From NCBI GenBank assembly GCA_963665815.1, contig OY762463.1:2464001-2528000 (forward strand): a DNA stretch of 64,000 bases. Direction: 5' to 3'. Made by a program: the position numbers and the translations under genes. Below the pieces are notes generated by a model. That model was not told where the DNA came from, ran no database searches, and was given only the letters and a program-made list of their open reading frames with translations. This document shows positions 22,277 to 31,939 of the stretch, in pieces. Source of the DNA: Candidatus Cloacimonadales bacterium. Its GTDB lineage: Bacteria > Cloacimonadota > Cloacimonadia > Cloacimonadales > JAIOQZ01. The stretch's first letter is position 1. The number at the start of each line of letters is the position of its first letter.

Positions 22277-24025
22277 CTACTGTTGTATGGATACCGGACA
22301 TATAAGTTGAATTTTATCCCGTTGGAAATTCTCAACTTTCTTTAGTTCCTTGTCAAATTCATTAAGAATTCTGCTTTCCGGTTTCACTAATGAAGACATT
22401 ACAGCTCCAAAATTAAACTTATCATCATATATAACCTCAAATAAGGTTTTACGTTTCGGATAATTCTCTGTTCCGTAAACACTCATATTGGCAAGTTCTG
22501 CTGCTTTTTTAACTGCATCATCAATAGATCCAACTTCATCTATCAATCCTATTTTCAATGCTTTAGCACTACTCCAGACTCTTCCTTCGGCTATATCTGT
22601 TATCTTATCAGGAGCAATTTTTCTTCCAGTCATCACAATATCCTTGAACTCAGTATAGATGTTTTCAGCATTTCTCTGAAGTGATCTTTGGGCTGAAGCA
22701 GGCATTGGTTTCCACAAATTCAGCAGATCAACATATTTTCCACGAGCAACACTATCTGTATGAATTCCCAGTTTCTTTCCAAGCCCCGTTGCATTAGGTA
22801 TCATCATTACAACACCAATAGATCCGGTAATAGTTAATGGCTCAGCGTAAATATAATCTGCCAGAGCTGAAATGTAATATCCACCGGAAGCAGCTACACT
22901 TCCCATAGACACTACAACAGGTTTAGCTGTTTTTAACTGCTTAACTGCATGGGCAATAATATCTGATTCCAGAGCAGATCCACCCGGACTGTTTACTCTG
23001 AGTACAACAGCTTTCACAGATGCATCTTTACGGAGTTTTGTCAGGATTTTTATCATTTTTTCAGAGGTAATTGCCTTAGCATTAAATCCGGATACTGATG
23101 CCTGAATTCCACCTTCAGCATAAACAACAGCTATTTTTCCTGCCCCAGAAGCAACCGGAGCAATATTTGAAGAGTATGAAGAGAGACTGATCAAGTTATC
23201 CTTTTTAATTCCTAATGTCTCCATCACATCCTGTTTATAATGAAGTTCATCAACAAGATTTAGTTCCAGAGCCATTTCGGAATTAATGAATATCTCTTCT
23301 CTGTTCTCATACAGATTTTTAATGTCTTTATATGATACATCCTGTCTGTTATCAGATATAATTCTCAGTTTTGTTTCATAGAGATCTCCTAAAATTTCAC
23401 TGAGATTTTTTTTAGTGAAAGGAGATAATTCAGTTCTGGAGTATGTTTCTCCGGCACCCTTATATTTTCCGGCATGGATTACTTTCATCTCAATACCAAA
23501 CTTTTCAAGTGTTTCTTTATAGAAAGTCATAGTCGACCCAACACCTGTAAGTAGGAATTCTGATGACTTTGAAGGTGTCATAAAAATTTTGTCTGCATAT
23601 GTAGATGCGAAATATCCGGCATCACTTGTGACATCAATATAAGCATACACAGGTTTTCCTGATGCTTTGAATTCTTTCAGTTTTTCACCGATAACCTGAA
23701 TAGCTGAGATTCCCATTATAGCACCGGGTTCCAGGAAAATACCTTCAATTTTCGGATCATGGGCAGCTTTTTCAATTGCATTCAGCATATCGAACATGGA
23801 TGAAGGCAGATCGTCAAACAGAACAGAGTTTTTCATCTCATTGTATTCTCCAATAGGTCCGGTCAGAAATAAATGAAGGAATGAGTTTTGTAAAACAGGC
23901 TTTTCAATGCCTTTTTGTTCGAGTGAAGATCCAAGTTTTGCCAAACCGGCAATTGATGCGAAAATAATTAATCCTACAATAACTATAGATGTTACACATC
24001 CGAATGTAAACCAGCGAAATCTCAT
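22277..24025 (-). CDS. sppA: signal peptide peptidase SppA (67K type)
   Basis: AGKYKGAGE, LRVNSPGGS, VAASGGY, TITGSIGV and GRVWS. Confidence 0.95.
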   Translation of the reverse strand: MRFRWFTFGCVTSIVIVGLIIFASIAGLAKLGSSLEQKGIEKPVLQNSFLHLFLTGPIGEYNEMKNSVLFDDLPSSMFDMLNAIEKAAHDPKIEGIFLEPGAIMGISAIQVIGEKLKEFKASGKPVYAYIDVTSDAGYFASTYADKIFMTPSKSSEFLLTGVGSTMTFYKETLEKFGIEMKVIHAGKYKGAGETYSRTELSPFTKKNLSEILGDLYETKLRIISDNRQDVSYKDIKNLYENREEIFINSEMALELNLVDELHYKQDVMETLGIKKDNLISLSSYSSNIAPVASGAGKIAVVYAEGGIQASVSGFNAKAITSEKMIKILTKLRKDASVKAVVLRVNSPGGSALESDIIAHAVKQLKTAKPVVVSMGSVAASGGYYISALADYIYAEPLTITGSIGVVMMIPNATGLGKKLGIHTDSVARGKYVDLLNLWKPMPASAQRSLQRNAENIYTEFKDIVMTGRKIAPDKITDIAEGRVWSSAKALKIGLIDEVGSIDDAVKKAAELANMSVYGTENYPKRKTLFEVIYDDKFNFGAVMSSLVKPESRILNEFDKELKKVENFQRDKIQLICPVSIQQ

Positions 24026-24037
24026 TTATCCTCCAGG

Positions 24038-25381
24038 TTATAATTTTATTTCAAGTTCTTTTAGTTTACGTGATAAATTACTCTGATGCAAAGACAAAGC
24101 TTTTGCAGTAGAAGAAATATTGCAATTATGTTTCTTTAATTGTGTTGTCAAATACTTTAGTTCAAATTCTTTTTTCTTGGACTGCCAGGATTGAGTATCT
24201 TCCCAGAATTCATCGCAATCCACAGGTTTTGGTCCGATATATTCCGGGATGTTTTCCATATCAATTTCCTGAGAATCACACAGAATATACAGACGTTCTA
24301 TCAGGTTCCGCAATTCTCTGACATTACCGGGGTACTGTTTGGAAATAAGATATTTTACTGCTTCCCCTGAAAATGTTTTCAGCTTAACCCCAAGTTCGTC
24401 AGACATCATAGCAGAGAAATGATCTATCAATTCCGGGATATCTTCTCTTCTGTCTCTCAGTGGAGGACTTACTACAGGAACAACATTAAGTCTGTAATAC
24501 AAATCCTGCCTGAAAAGTCCCTTATTAACGAGATCTTCCAGATCCTTGTGAGTTGCAGCTATTATTCTTGCATCTACTCTTCTTATATTGTTTGAACCAA
24601 CTCTCTCGAATTCTCCTTCCTGGATTACTCTCAGGATTTTCGACTGAGCTGTCAGAGTCATATCCCCTATTTCATCGAGAAAAAGTGTACCGCCATTCGC
24701 TTCTTCAATTTTACCTTTTTTACTTTTTACTGCTCCGGTAAAGGCTCCTCTTTCATAACCGAACAGCTCAGATTCAACCAGCTCATTTGGTATCGCAGCA
24801 GAATTAAACTTAATGAATGGATTATCAGCTCTCTGTGATGCACTATGAATAGCATGTGCAATCAATTCTTTACCAGTTCCACTTTCTCCTCTGATAAGTA
24901 CTTTGGAATTTGTTCTGGCAACCTTTGCAATGAGAGTTCTCAGACGATTCATTACTTCACCCGAGCCAACAAGAAGCTGTTTTCCACTATTATTAAGAAG
25001 CTCAAGATATCTTCTATTCAGATTGATAAATTTCATTGCAAGTTCAAGAGTTGATTTAACTTTAGGATAACTCAATGGCTTTTCCAGAAAATCGAAGGCT
25101 CCTGCCTTCAGGGCTTTAACAGCATCACTGATTGAGCTGTGACCGGAAATCATGATCACCTGAACATGTTTAAATTCGACACTGATTCTTTTAAGTACTT
25201 CAATACCATCCATGCCGTCCATTTTAACATCAAGAAAGACAACCTCATAGAAATCGTCTTCCAGCATTTTGAGACCCGTAATGCCATTTTCGGCTGTATC
25301 ACAGTCCAGACCTTCATCCTCTATAATACTTTTAAGTGTTATTCTTATATTTTTTTCATCATCTATTATCAATATTCTCAA
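24038..25381 (-). CDS. sigma-54-dependent response regulator (NtrX/NtrC family)
   Basis: Receiver (IIDDE, LDVKM, ISGH, EKP), GESGTGKE, GAFTGA and a C-terminal HTH. Confidence 0.93.
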   Translation of the reverse strand: MRILIIDDEKNIRITLKSIIEDEGLDCDTAENGITGLKMLEDDFYEVVFLDVKMDGMDGIEVLKRISVEFKHVQVIMISGHSSISDAVKALKAGAFDFLEKPLSYPKVKSTLELAMKFINLNRRYLELLNNSGKQLLVGSGEVMNRLRTLIAKVARTNSKVLIRGESGTGKELIAHAIHSASQRADNPFIKFNSAAIPNELVESELFGYERGAFTGAVKSKKGKIEEANGGTLFLDEIGDMTLTAQSKILRVIQEGEFERVGSNNIRRVDARIIAATHKDLEDLVNKGLFRQDLYYRLNVVPVVSPPLRDRREDIPELIDHFSAMMSDELGVKLKTFSGEAVKYLISKQYPGNVRELRNLIERLYILCDSQEIDMENIPEYIGPKPVDCDEFWEDTQSWQSKKKEFELKYLTTQLKKHNCNISSTAKALSLHQSNLSRKLKELEIKL

Positions 25382-25390
25382 ATGTAACTC

Positions 25391-26557
25391 CTATGCTCTG
25401 AAATCTTCAACAATTATTTCAAATACAGAGCCTTTTCCAATTTCACTTTTTACTCTTATAATCGCGTGATTCACATCTACAAGTCTTTTTACTAAAGCAA
25501 GTCCCAAGCCTGTCCCTTTCTTCTTTTTCGTAAAGTATGGCTCGAAAATGTTCTTCATATCTGCATCAGCTATTCCCGGACCCTCATCTTTAATACTAAT
25601 TATGAGATAAGATCTGCTCTGCTCCATTGAAATTGTAATCTCATCCTTTTCATCTGATGCGTCTATAGCATTCTGTACAATATTCGTTATAATCTGGTAA
25701 AAATGAAGTCTGTCGAATTCCACTCTATGGTTTTCAGGAAGTTCAAGCTTGATATTATAAGCATTTTTGTATGGTTTAATAATTTCGGATATCACCTCAG
25801 TAGGATCGAATATTGACTTTGATGCATCTGATATTTTTGCAAAACTTGAAAAAGTCTGAACAAGATTCCGCAGATTCATGATTTCCGAGTTAATAATCTC
25901 TACAGATTCTTGAAAAATGGAATCGAATTTTTCTTTATCGCTGTGAAAGAACCTTTCCAATCTCTGTGTAGAAAGCTGAATAGGCGTTAAAGGATTCTTT
26001 ATTTCGTGAGCCAGGATTCGAGACATTTCTTTCCATATCATTTCCTTTTCTGCCTGAACCAGCTTTCTCTGAGTTTTTTCCAGCTCGCGAGACATACCAT
26101 TGAAAGACTGCTTAAGCTTCTTCATCTCATATATACCGGAGTCCGGAAGATAAACCGAGTAATCCCCTTTCTCAATCTTCTTTGTTGCCTCCTGAAGCTC
26201 GTTTAAAGGTTTAGTTATATAATAGAAGAATACAGAAAAAATGAATATAGAGATCAGCATAATTGAGAACAAAATCAATGAAGAGTAAAATCGGGTCTTA
26301 AACTGGAAATTCTTCACAGCTCCAACAATCTGATTATTCGCCTTTATATACTTATTCATATACAAGCTGTCTTCACTTGTTTCAAATGTCATTTTGGGCA
26401 GCTTATAGTGGGGTCTCGATTCCTCAAGCAGCTTGTCAATCCTCTTCTGAGAACTGTTAAAATATGCATTAACCGTTAACAAAACAGCAGCAAACAGGAT
26501 AATGAAAAATAGTGTAACTACTGTTCTCAGACTGAATTTAATATCTTTTATCTTCAA
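25391..26557 (-). CDS. HAMP sensor histidine kinase (NtrY-like)
   Basis: Two TM segments, HAMP, LAHEIKNPLTPI, NAID, DEGPGI and GTGLGL. Confidence 0.93.
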   Translation of the reverse strand: MKIKDIKFSLRTVVTLFFIILFAAVLLTVNAYFNSSQKRIDKLLEESRPHYKLPKMTFETSEDSLYMNKYIKANNQIVGAVKNFQFKTRFYSSLILFSIMLISIFIFSVFFYYITKPLNELQEATKKIEKGDYSVYLPDSGIYEMKKLKQSFNGMSRELEKTQRKLVQAEKEMIWKEMSRILAHEIKNPLTPIQLSTQRLERFFHSDKEKFDSIFQESVEIINSEIMNLRNLVQTFSSFAKISDASKSIFDPTEVISEIIKPYKNAYNIKLELPENHRVEFDRLHFYQIITNIVQNAIDASDEKDEITISMEQSRSYLIISIKDEGPGIADADMKNIFEPYFTKKKKGTGLGLALVKRLVDVNHAIIRVKSEIGKGSVFEIIVEDFRA

Positions 26558-27080
26558 CTTTCATCCTCTCCTTGAGTTCAGGATTACGATGCCCCCAGAG
26601 CAGCATCAGATCAATTTCTTCTTTTACCTCTTCATAAAACACAGGTTCGAGCTCTGCTGATAATTCAACAATATAATTCCCTGTTTCTATCTCATTCTTA
26701 TCAATGGAATACTCAATATCGGAAATAATATCAATTAATTCATTCCATGACTCTGTATATCCTTTTAACTTTTTCTCTTCAATGAAATATTCAAATTCTG
26801 ACCTCAACACATCATACACAATAGTATGTTTGAAACTTGTTTCTGTCGGTAACTCACCTATTCTTGTATATTTCAGTTTAAACCAGATGATAATCTTAGA
26901 ACCTGAATAGAAGAAATCTTCAAAATCATTCTCAAAACTATTCTCAAGTTTAGTAGTCAGAACAATTCTGTTTGTGTCATATCTGTAAAACAGATTTGAG
27001 AATTCTGCCACATTTCCTTCATAGGAGGAAAACATGAGAGAAGTGAATGTGATGATTCCTGATAATATTTTTTTAAACAT
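26538..27080 (-). CDS. exported protein, possibly DUF4390-like
   Basis: Signal-like N-terminus; overlaps the start of the NtrY-like kinase, the usual position of DUF4390 genes. Family call is from context. Confidence 0.6.
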   Translation of the reverse strand: MFKKILSGIITFTSLMFSSYEGNVAEFSNLFYRYDTNRIVLTTKLENSFENDFEDFFYSGSKIIIWFKLKYTRIGELPTETSFKHTIVYDVLRSEFEYFIEEKKLKGYTESWNELIDIISDIEYSIDKNEIETGNYIVELSAELEPVFYEEVKEEIDLMLLWGHRNPELKERMKVEDKRY

Positions 27081-27221
27081 ATTAATTTTTTAAATTTATT
27101 TTACTTTCATTAAGCATTATTTGTCAATCAAAACAAGACTATTTACTTTAAAAAAGTAATCTGATCCTGTCTGTTACATTAAAAGAAGCAAAGTGTTTTT
27201 TCAGTATGTTCCTGAAAACGC

Positions 27222-27252
27222 AAAAAAAGGCTGCTGAAATTGCCAGCAGCCT
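27222..27252 (-). terminator. intrinsic terminator
   Basis: AGGCTGCTG...CAGCAGCCT stem with an A7 run. Confidence 0.75.
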
Positions 27253-27269
27253 CAATGAGGGAGGTCGTT

Positions 27270-28475
27270 TTAGAATCCAAACCATGGACCTATCATTATT
27301 GTGTACCCTTCAAATTTAGTGTCAGGTGAATCAACGACTTCATAAGAATCTTGCACAACATTAGCTTTCCAGCCGTCACTGAAAGAATATCCGTACATAT
27401 ATCCGGCTTCAGCTTTTAAACTGAGCCAGTCTAAAATTCTATACATTACAGCTACTTTAGGCTGTGCTACCATAAAACTTTTATTTAATCTTACATAATT
27501 ATTGCTACTTGCAGCCAGATCATTATGCATTGTGTTCCAGTTATAGTCTCCATCAGTCTGGTTTAATTCGATTGTGTAACCGCCACCACCTATCATTACA
27601 CCGGCAGAGCATATAAGTCTTCTTGTAATTGCAAATCTTTTATCAATTGTCACACCACCGTAACCCATTGAGAAATGCATTCTTCGGATAGTGTCATCAG
27701 ATTTATTTTTGCTCTCCTGCCAGTAGAAAGCTCCCATTCCACCGAGGAACCAGCCTTTACCAACATTTCCATGACCGGCAATACCTAATGGTAATACAAG
27801 ACCATCTTCCGGAAGTTCACTGAAACCCAGATTACTCCTGAGTTCATTAATATCATCAAATGCATCAAAATCAATGAAAGCTGGGGTCCAGCCAATACCA
27901 CCATGACCTACACTATGTCTTCTTCTTCCTTTCTTCTTGTCATCAACCACAAAATCTTTTTCTTTTTTATCTGAGTAGCGTGATCCGAAAACAAACTCAA
28001 GATTCTGAACTTCACCATCTCTGAATACTTTCAGGACAACTTTATCTCCAACATAAAATGAAGAGATTACTTTTTTCACATGTTCAGAACCATATATTTT
28101 TTTTCCACCAATCTCCATCAGTATATCACCGTCAATTACCCTGTATAACTTCGCAGGAGTGTTGGAAGTTACGTGTGTAATAAGCACACCATACATGTAC
28201 TTATAGTTTCTTTCTCTGGCATCTTCAAAAGTAAGGTCATCAAAAAACACTCCCATAAAAGGAGTTTCCATTCTGGTGTTCTCAGGTTTTTCCTGAATTT
28301 CTTCTGCTGAAACTTGAATTTCAACTTCTCTCGCAACTTCTTCAGCTTTTTCTGCTAAGATTTCTGCTTTTCTTGCCATGCGTTCTGCAGATTTTCCAAT
28401 CCTGTCGGCAGTATTCTCTGAACTTAGATAACTGAATAAGGCATATAATATAATTGCCAAGCATAACTTCTTCAT
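27270..28475 (-). CDS. exported PDZ-domain protein with putative C-terminal beta-barrel
   Basis: GGAGG RBS before MKKLCL. PDZ motifs PFMGV, GVLITHV, TPA and GDILMEIGG. Gly/aromatic beta-strands ending GPWFGF. Confidence 0.8.
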   Translation of the reverse strand: MKKLCLAIILYALFSYLSSENTADRIGKSAERMARKAEILAEKAEEVAREVEIQVSAEEIQEKPENTRMETPFMGVFFDDLTFEDARERNYKYMYGVLITHVTSNTPAKLYRVIDGDILMEIGGKKIYGSEHVKKVISSFYVGDKVVLKVFRDGEVQNLEFVFGSRYSDKKEKDFVVDDKKKGRRRHSVGHGGIGWTPAFIDFDAFDDINELRSNLGFSELPEDGLVLPLGIAGHGNVGKGWFLGGMGAFYWQESKNKSDDTIRRMHFSMGYGGVTIDKRFAITRRLICSAGVMIGGGGYTIELNQTDGDYNWNTMHNDLAASSNNYVRLNKSFMVAQPKVAVMYRILDWLSLKAEAGYMYGYSFSDGWKANVVQDSYEVVDSPDTKFEGYTIMIGPWFGF

Positions 28476-28513
28476 GTTTTCCTCCGAGTATTTCAATCAT
28501 TTAATTTATTGAA

Positions 28514-28530
28514 TGCATTATCGGTGCCAA
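28514..28530 (-). promoter_or_regulatory. sigma-54 (-24/-12) promoter
   Basis: Minus strand reads TTGGCACCGATAATGCA: GG-N10-GC spacing, about 40 bp upstream of the PDZ gene. Confidence 0.7.
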
Positions 28531-28812
28531 AACTACTTCATCTTATATTACAGTCAGTTATGAGTATTTATATCATTTTTGTGCTATTTATTTTTATCAA
28601 AATGATATATTATTAATGTAAAATTAATATAAATGGTTTATCAAGTAAATGCAGCTCTGCTCAATTAGATGATTCTTCGGTTTTTTAAAGAAAAAGATTG
28701 ATAAAAAAGATACAGTAACATATTAAGGAAAAAATAAAAAAGTATGCAGGTGATCAATTTCTGATCTTAACATTCTCACTGAATTATGCAATACTGGCAC
28801 TAAGGTATAAAC

Positions 28813-29832
28813 ATGTTAGAAAGAATAAATACTCCGGACGTTATTCCCGGTGAAAAAGATTTCGATAGAGCTCTCAGACCGGAAACACTGGATGATTTCA
28901 TTGGTCAGGACAAGATAAAGGAAATACTCGATATTTCCATTAAAGCCGCAATGCTCAGGAATGAACCTCTGGATCATGTACTGCTGTATGGACCTCCGGG
29001 ACTGGGTAAAACAACCTTATCAAATATCATAGCTAAAGAACTGAAAGCAGAAATAAAAGTAAGTAGTGGACCTGTTATTGAAAAACCTTCTGATCTGGCA
29101 GGTGTTCTCACAAACCTTCAACGACATAATGTTCTGTTTATAGATGAGATCCACAGACTGAATCATATTGTAGAAGAATATATGTATCCGGCAATTGAGG
29201 ATTTCGAAATGGAAATCATAATAGACAGCGGTCCAAGTGCCAGAGCTCTGAAAATAGGACTTGAACCTTTTACCCTGATCGGGGCAACCACCAGAGCAGG
29301 ACTGCTTACATCTCCTTTAAGAGCCAGATTCGGACTGGCACTGAGATTAGATTACTACAATGCTAAGGATATCAGCAGAATTATAAAACGGTCTGCCGGA
29401 CTCCTCGGTGTTCCTATCGAGAAAGACGGCATTGTGGAAATTGCCCGAAGAAGCAGAGGAACTCCACGTGTTGCAAACAGATTGCTGAGAAGAGTCAGAG
29501 ACTATGCTCAGATAAAAGGAGACGGAATTATTACTTCTGAAATAGCAGGCAAAGCTCTTCATATGCTGAATGTTGATCATGAAGGCCTGGATGAAATGGA
29601 TAAACGTATTCTTCTGACGATAATCGAAAATTATAAAGGTGGTCCTGTTGGTTTAAAAACTCTTGCAGTAGCTGTTGGTGAAGATTCCGGAACAATTGAA
29701 GAGATATACGAACCATATCTGATTCAGCAGGGATTCCTCGAAAGAACAATGCAGGGAAGAAAAACAACCATCAAGACTAATAAACACTTTGGTATACACC
29801 CCGTAAGAGACCAGATTGATTTATTTGAGTAG
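28813..29832 (+). CDS. ruvB: Holliday junction branch migration helicase RuvB
   Basis: [33 protein letters not shown] and GGPVG. Confidence 0.98.
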   Translation: MLERINTPDVIPGEKDFDRALRPETLDDFIGQDKIKEILDISIKAAMLRNEPLDHVLLYGPPGLGKTTLSNIIAKELKAEIKVSSGPVIEKPSDLAGVLTNLQRHNVLFIDEIHRLNHIVEEYMYPAIEDFEMEIIIDSGPSARALKIGLEPFTLIGATTRAGLLTSPLRARFGLALRLDYYNAKDISRIIKRSAGLLGVPIEKDGIVEIARRSRGTPRVANRLLRRVRDYAQIKGDGIITSEIAGKALHMLNVDHEGLDEMDKRILLTIIENYKGGPVGLKTLAVAVGEDSGTIEEIYEPYLIQQGFLERTMQGRKTTIKTNKHFGIHPVRDQIDLFE

Positions 29833-29842
29833 TGGAGCTGAT

Positions 29843-30943
29843 ATGAAGAAAATTATCTTTTATTTCCTTTTATTAGTGTTAGTTATATCCGGATGTAAAT
29901 CTTCTTCCGGACCATCAGATAAAATCACAATAAATGTGCCTAATGAAGGGTATGTCTGGGAAGAAACTGTACAGTTCGAAGCAGATATATCTATAAGTAA
30001 AAAAGTATCATTGGTATCATGGCTTTTAAATGGATCAGTTATCTCTGTTGTAGAAGTACCCCCTTATAGTATTACATTTAATACATCGACGATGACATAT
30101 GGCGATGTCTATGATTTATCAGTTATTGTGAGAGATGAAGACAATAATGAAATTTCATCCGACATATATGAAATAATACGGATACCATTCAATATTCCAT
30201 CATCTTCTTTCAATGATATCAGCGGTTATACAGAAACTGATGATTATGGTAATCTGGGAGGTACTATTGACCAGAATGACTGGAGACTGTTCCTGATTGG
30301 AAATGATGCAGCACCGAAAGCTGAGAGATATGCAACAATTAAGAATGTAAATATATCCAGTAATTATAGAAAAATTTCCATCTCATGGGAAGCGGAAGAT
30401 GAATATGATAATCTTGGATACAATATTTACAGGGGTACAAGCAGCAGTGATTATAATAACAACAGTGCCATACATCTTAATTATTATGGATTGATTCCCA
30501 ATGAAACAGATATGGAGTACACATACGTTGACAGCTTCGGTTTAAATTATAATAATAATTATTATTACTGGATTGAAATTGTTAACTCTGATAATACAAA
30601 ATATACTTATCCTCCGGAAGGTCACAAATATACTCTTTACAATCCGGACGAGTTGATTTTTACATTCCATAAGTGTTATCCTAATCCGGTTGGCAGCAGC
30701 ACAACATTACCTTTTACTCTGGAAGAAAATTCTGAAATAACTTTCATGTTTTTTAACTCAGACAAGAGCTATTTTGAAGTACCGGTGCAGGATCAGGTTT
30801 ATGAAAGAGGTTACAATACATTTATTTGGAATGATCTTCCTCAAGATGCAGGATTATACCGCTGTTTATACTACATTAAGTGTTTGAATTCCGGAGAAAT
30901 ATATTATGGCTTCGGGGATATATATGTACATTCAGCTTTGTAA
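29843..30943 (+). CDS. lipoprotein with Ig-like domains and a C-terminal sorting-domain-like (YPNP) region
   Basis: Start MKKIIF after GGAG, lipobox ISGC, and CYPNP...W...GLY near the C-terminus. Confidence 0.7.
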   Translation: MKKIIFYFLLLVLVISGCKSSSGPSDKITINVPNEGYVWEETVQFEADISISKKVSLVSWLLNGSVISVVEVPPYSITFNTSTMTYGDVYDLSVIVRDEDNNEISSDIYEIIRIPFNIPSSSFNDISGYTETDDYGNLGGTIDQNDWRLFLIGNDAAPKAERYATIKNVNISSNYRKISISWEAEDEYDNLGYNIYRGTSSSDYNNNSAIHLNYYGLIPNETDMEYTYVDSFGLNYNNNYYYWIEIVNSDNTKYTYPPEGHKYTLYNPDELIFTFHKCYPNPVGSSTTLPFTLEENSEITFMFFNSDKSYFEVPVQDQVYERGYNTFIWNDLPQDAGLYRCLYYIKCLNSGEIYYGFGDIYVHSAL

Positions 30944-31159
30944 CAAATATTGAAATTTACGTTCTTTCTTCATAAGTCAGATAATAGCTGTCAGTAAATT
31001 ACCTGTATAAACCTTAGATTAATTGATATAGTTGATGATAACTTGAACTCATCATATTACCTTGACTATTCATGTTTTTTGAAACAGAAATTTCAGGCTG
31101 GTAAATATTTATCATAATCTTTACTTGACTTATAAAATTGAAATTCAGAGTCTGCTTTT

Positions 31160-31939
31160 ATGAGAAATTTTGATTTGATGATTGATATTGGAAACACTCA
31201 CATAGTCTTAGGACTGTATGAACAGGGAAACATGAGTTTTTCCTGGAGACTGCACTCGAACAAAAGTAAAACTGAAGATGAGTATTATGTTTTTATTAAT
31301 GAACTTTTTAATTCTCAGAATATCAGTTTGAAAGAGATTAGCCGTTGTGCAGTTTCTTCGGTAGTACCCAAATTGACAAGAGTGTTTAATCACCTGATAG
31401 AAAAATATATTTCTGTCAAAGCTGTTTTTGTAGACGGCTATTCTGATCTTGGCATGGACTTATCAGTTGATCCGGCTATGGTAGGGTCTGATCTTATAGT
31501 TAATGCTTATTCTGCCTGGAAAAAATATAAAAACAATACAATTATCTGTGATCTTGGAACAGCGACAACTATTCAGCTTACAGGAGAGAATGGGAAATTT
31601 TACGGAACAATAATAGCCCCCGGTGTTGTAAGCTCTGCCGAAAACTTATTTTCAACAGCATCACTTTTATCTAATATCCAACTCAAACAGCCCAAAAAGC
31701 TCCTGGGGACAAATACCGAAGAAGCTCTGCTTTCAGGAATTGTTTCCGGAAATGCATATATGCTGGACAGTTTTATCAAAAAAATAAAAAATACACATAA
31801 AGAAATGCAGGATGTGATAACAATTGCAACCGGAGGAATATCCACTCTGATTGCCCAACAATCTAATCAAATAGATGTAGTAGATAAAAATCTTACATTA
31901 GATGGTCTTTCTCTTATCTGCGATAAATTGCTTACATGA
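31160..31939 (+). CDS. coaX: type III pantothenate kinase
   Basis: IDIGNT, SSVVP, VGSD, DLGTATT and ATGG. Confidence 0.95.
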   Translation: MRNFDLMIDIGNTHIVLGLYEQGNMSFSWRLHSNKSKTEDEYYVFINELFNSQNISLKEISRCAVSSVVPKLTRVFNHLIEKYISVKAVFVDGYSDLGMDLSVDPAMVGSDLIVNAYSAWKKYKNNTIICDLGTATTIQLTGENGKFYGTIIAPGVVSSAENLFSTASLLSNIQLKQPKKLLGTNTEEALLSGIVSGNAYMLDSFIKKIKNTHKEMQDVITIATGGISTLIAQQSNQIDVVDKNLTLDGLSLICDKLLT

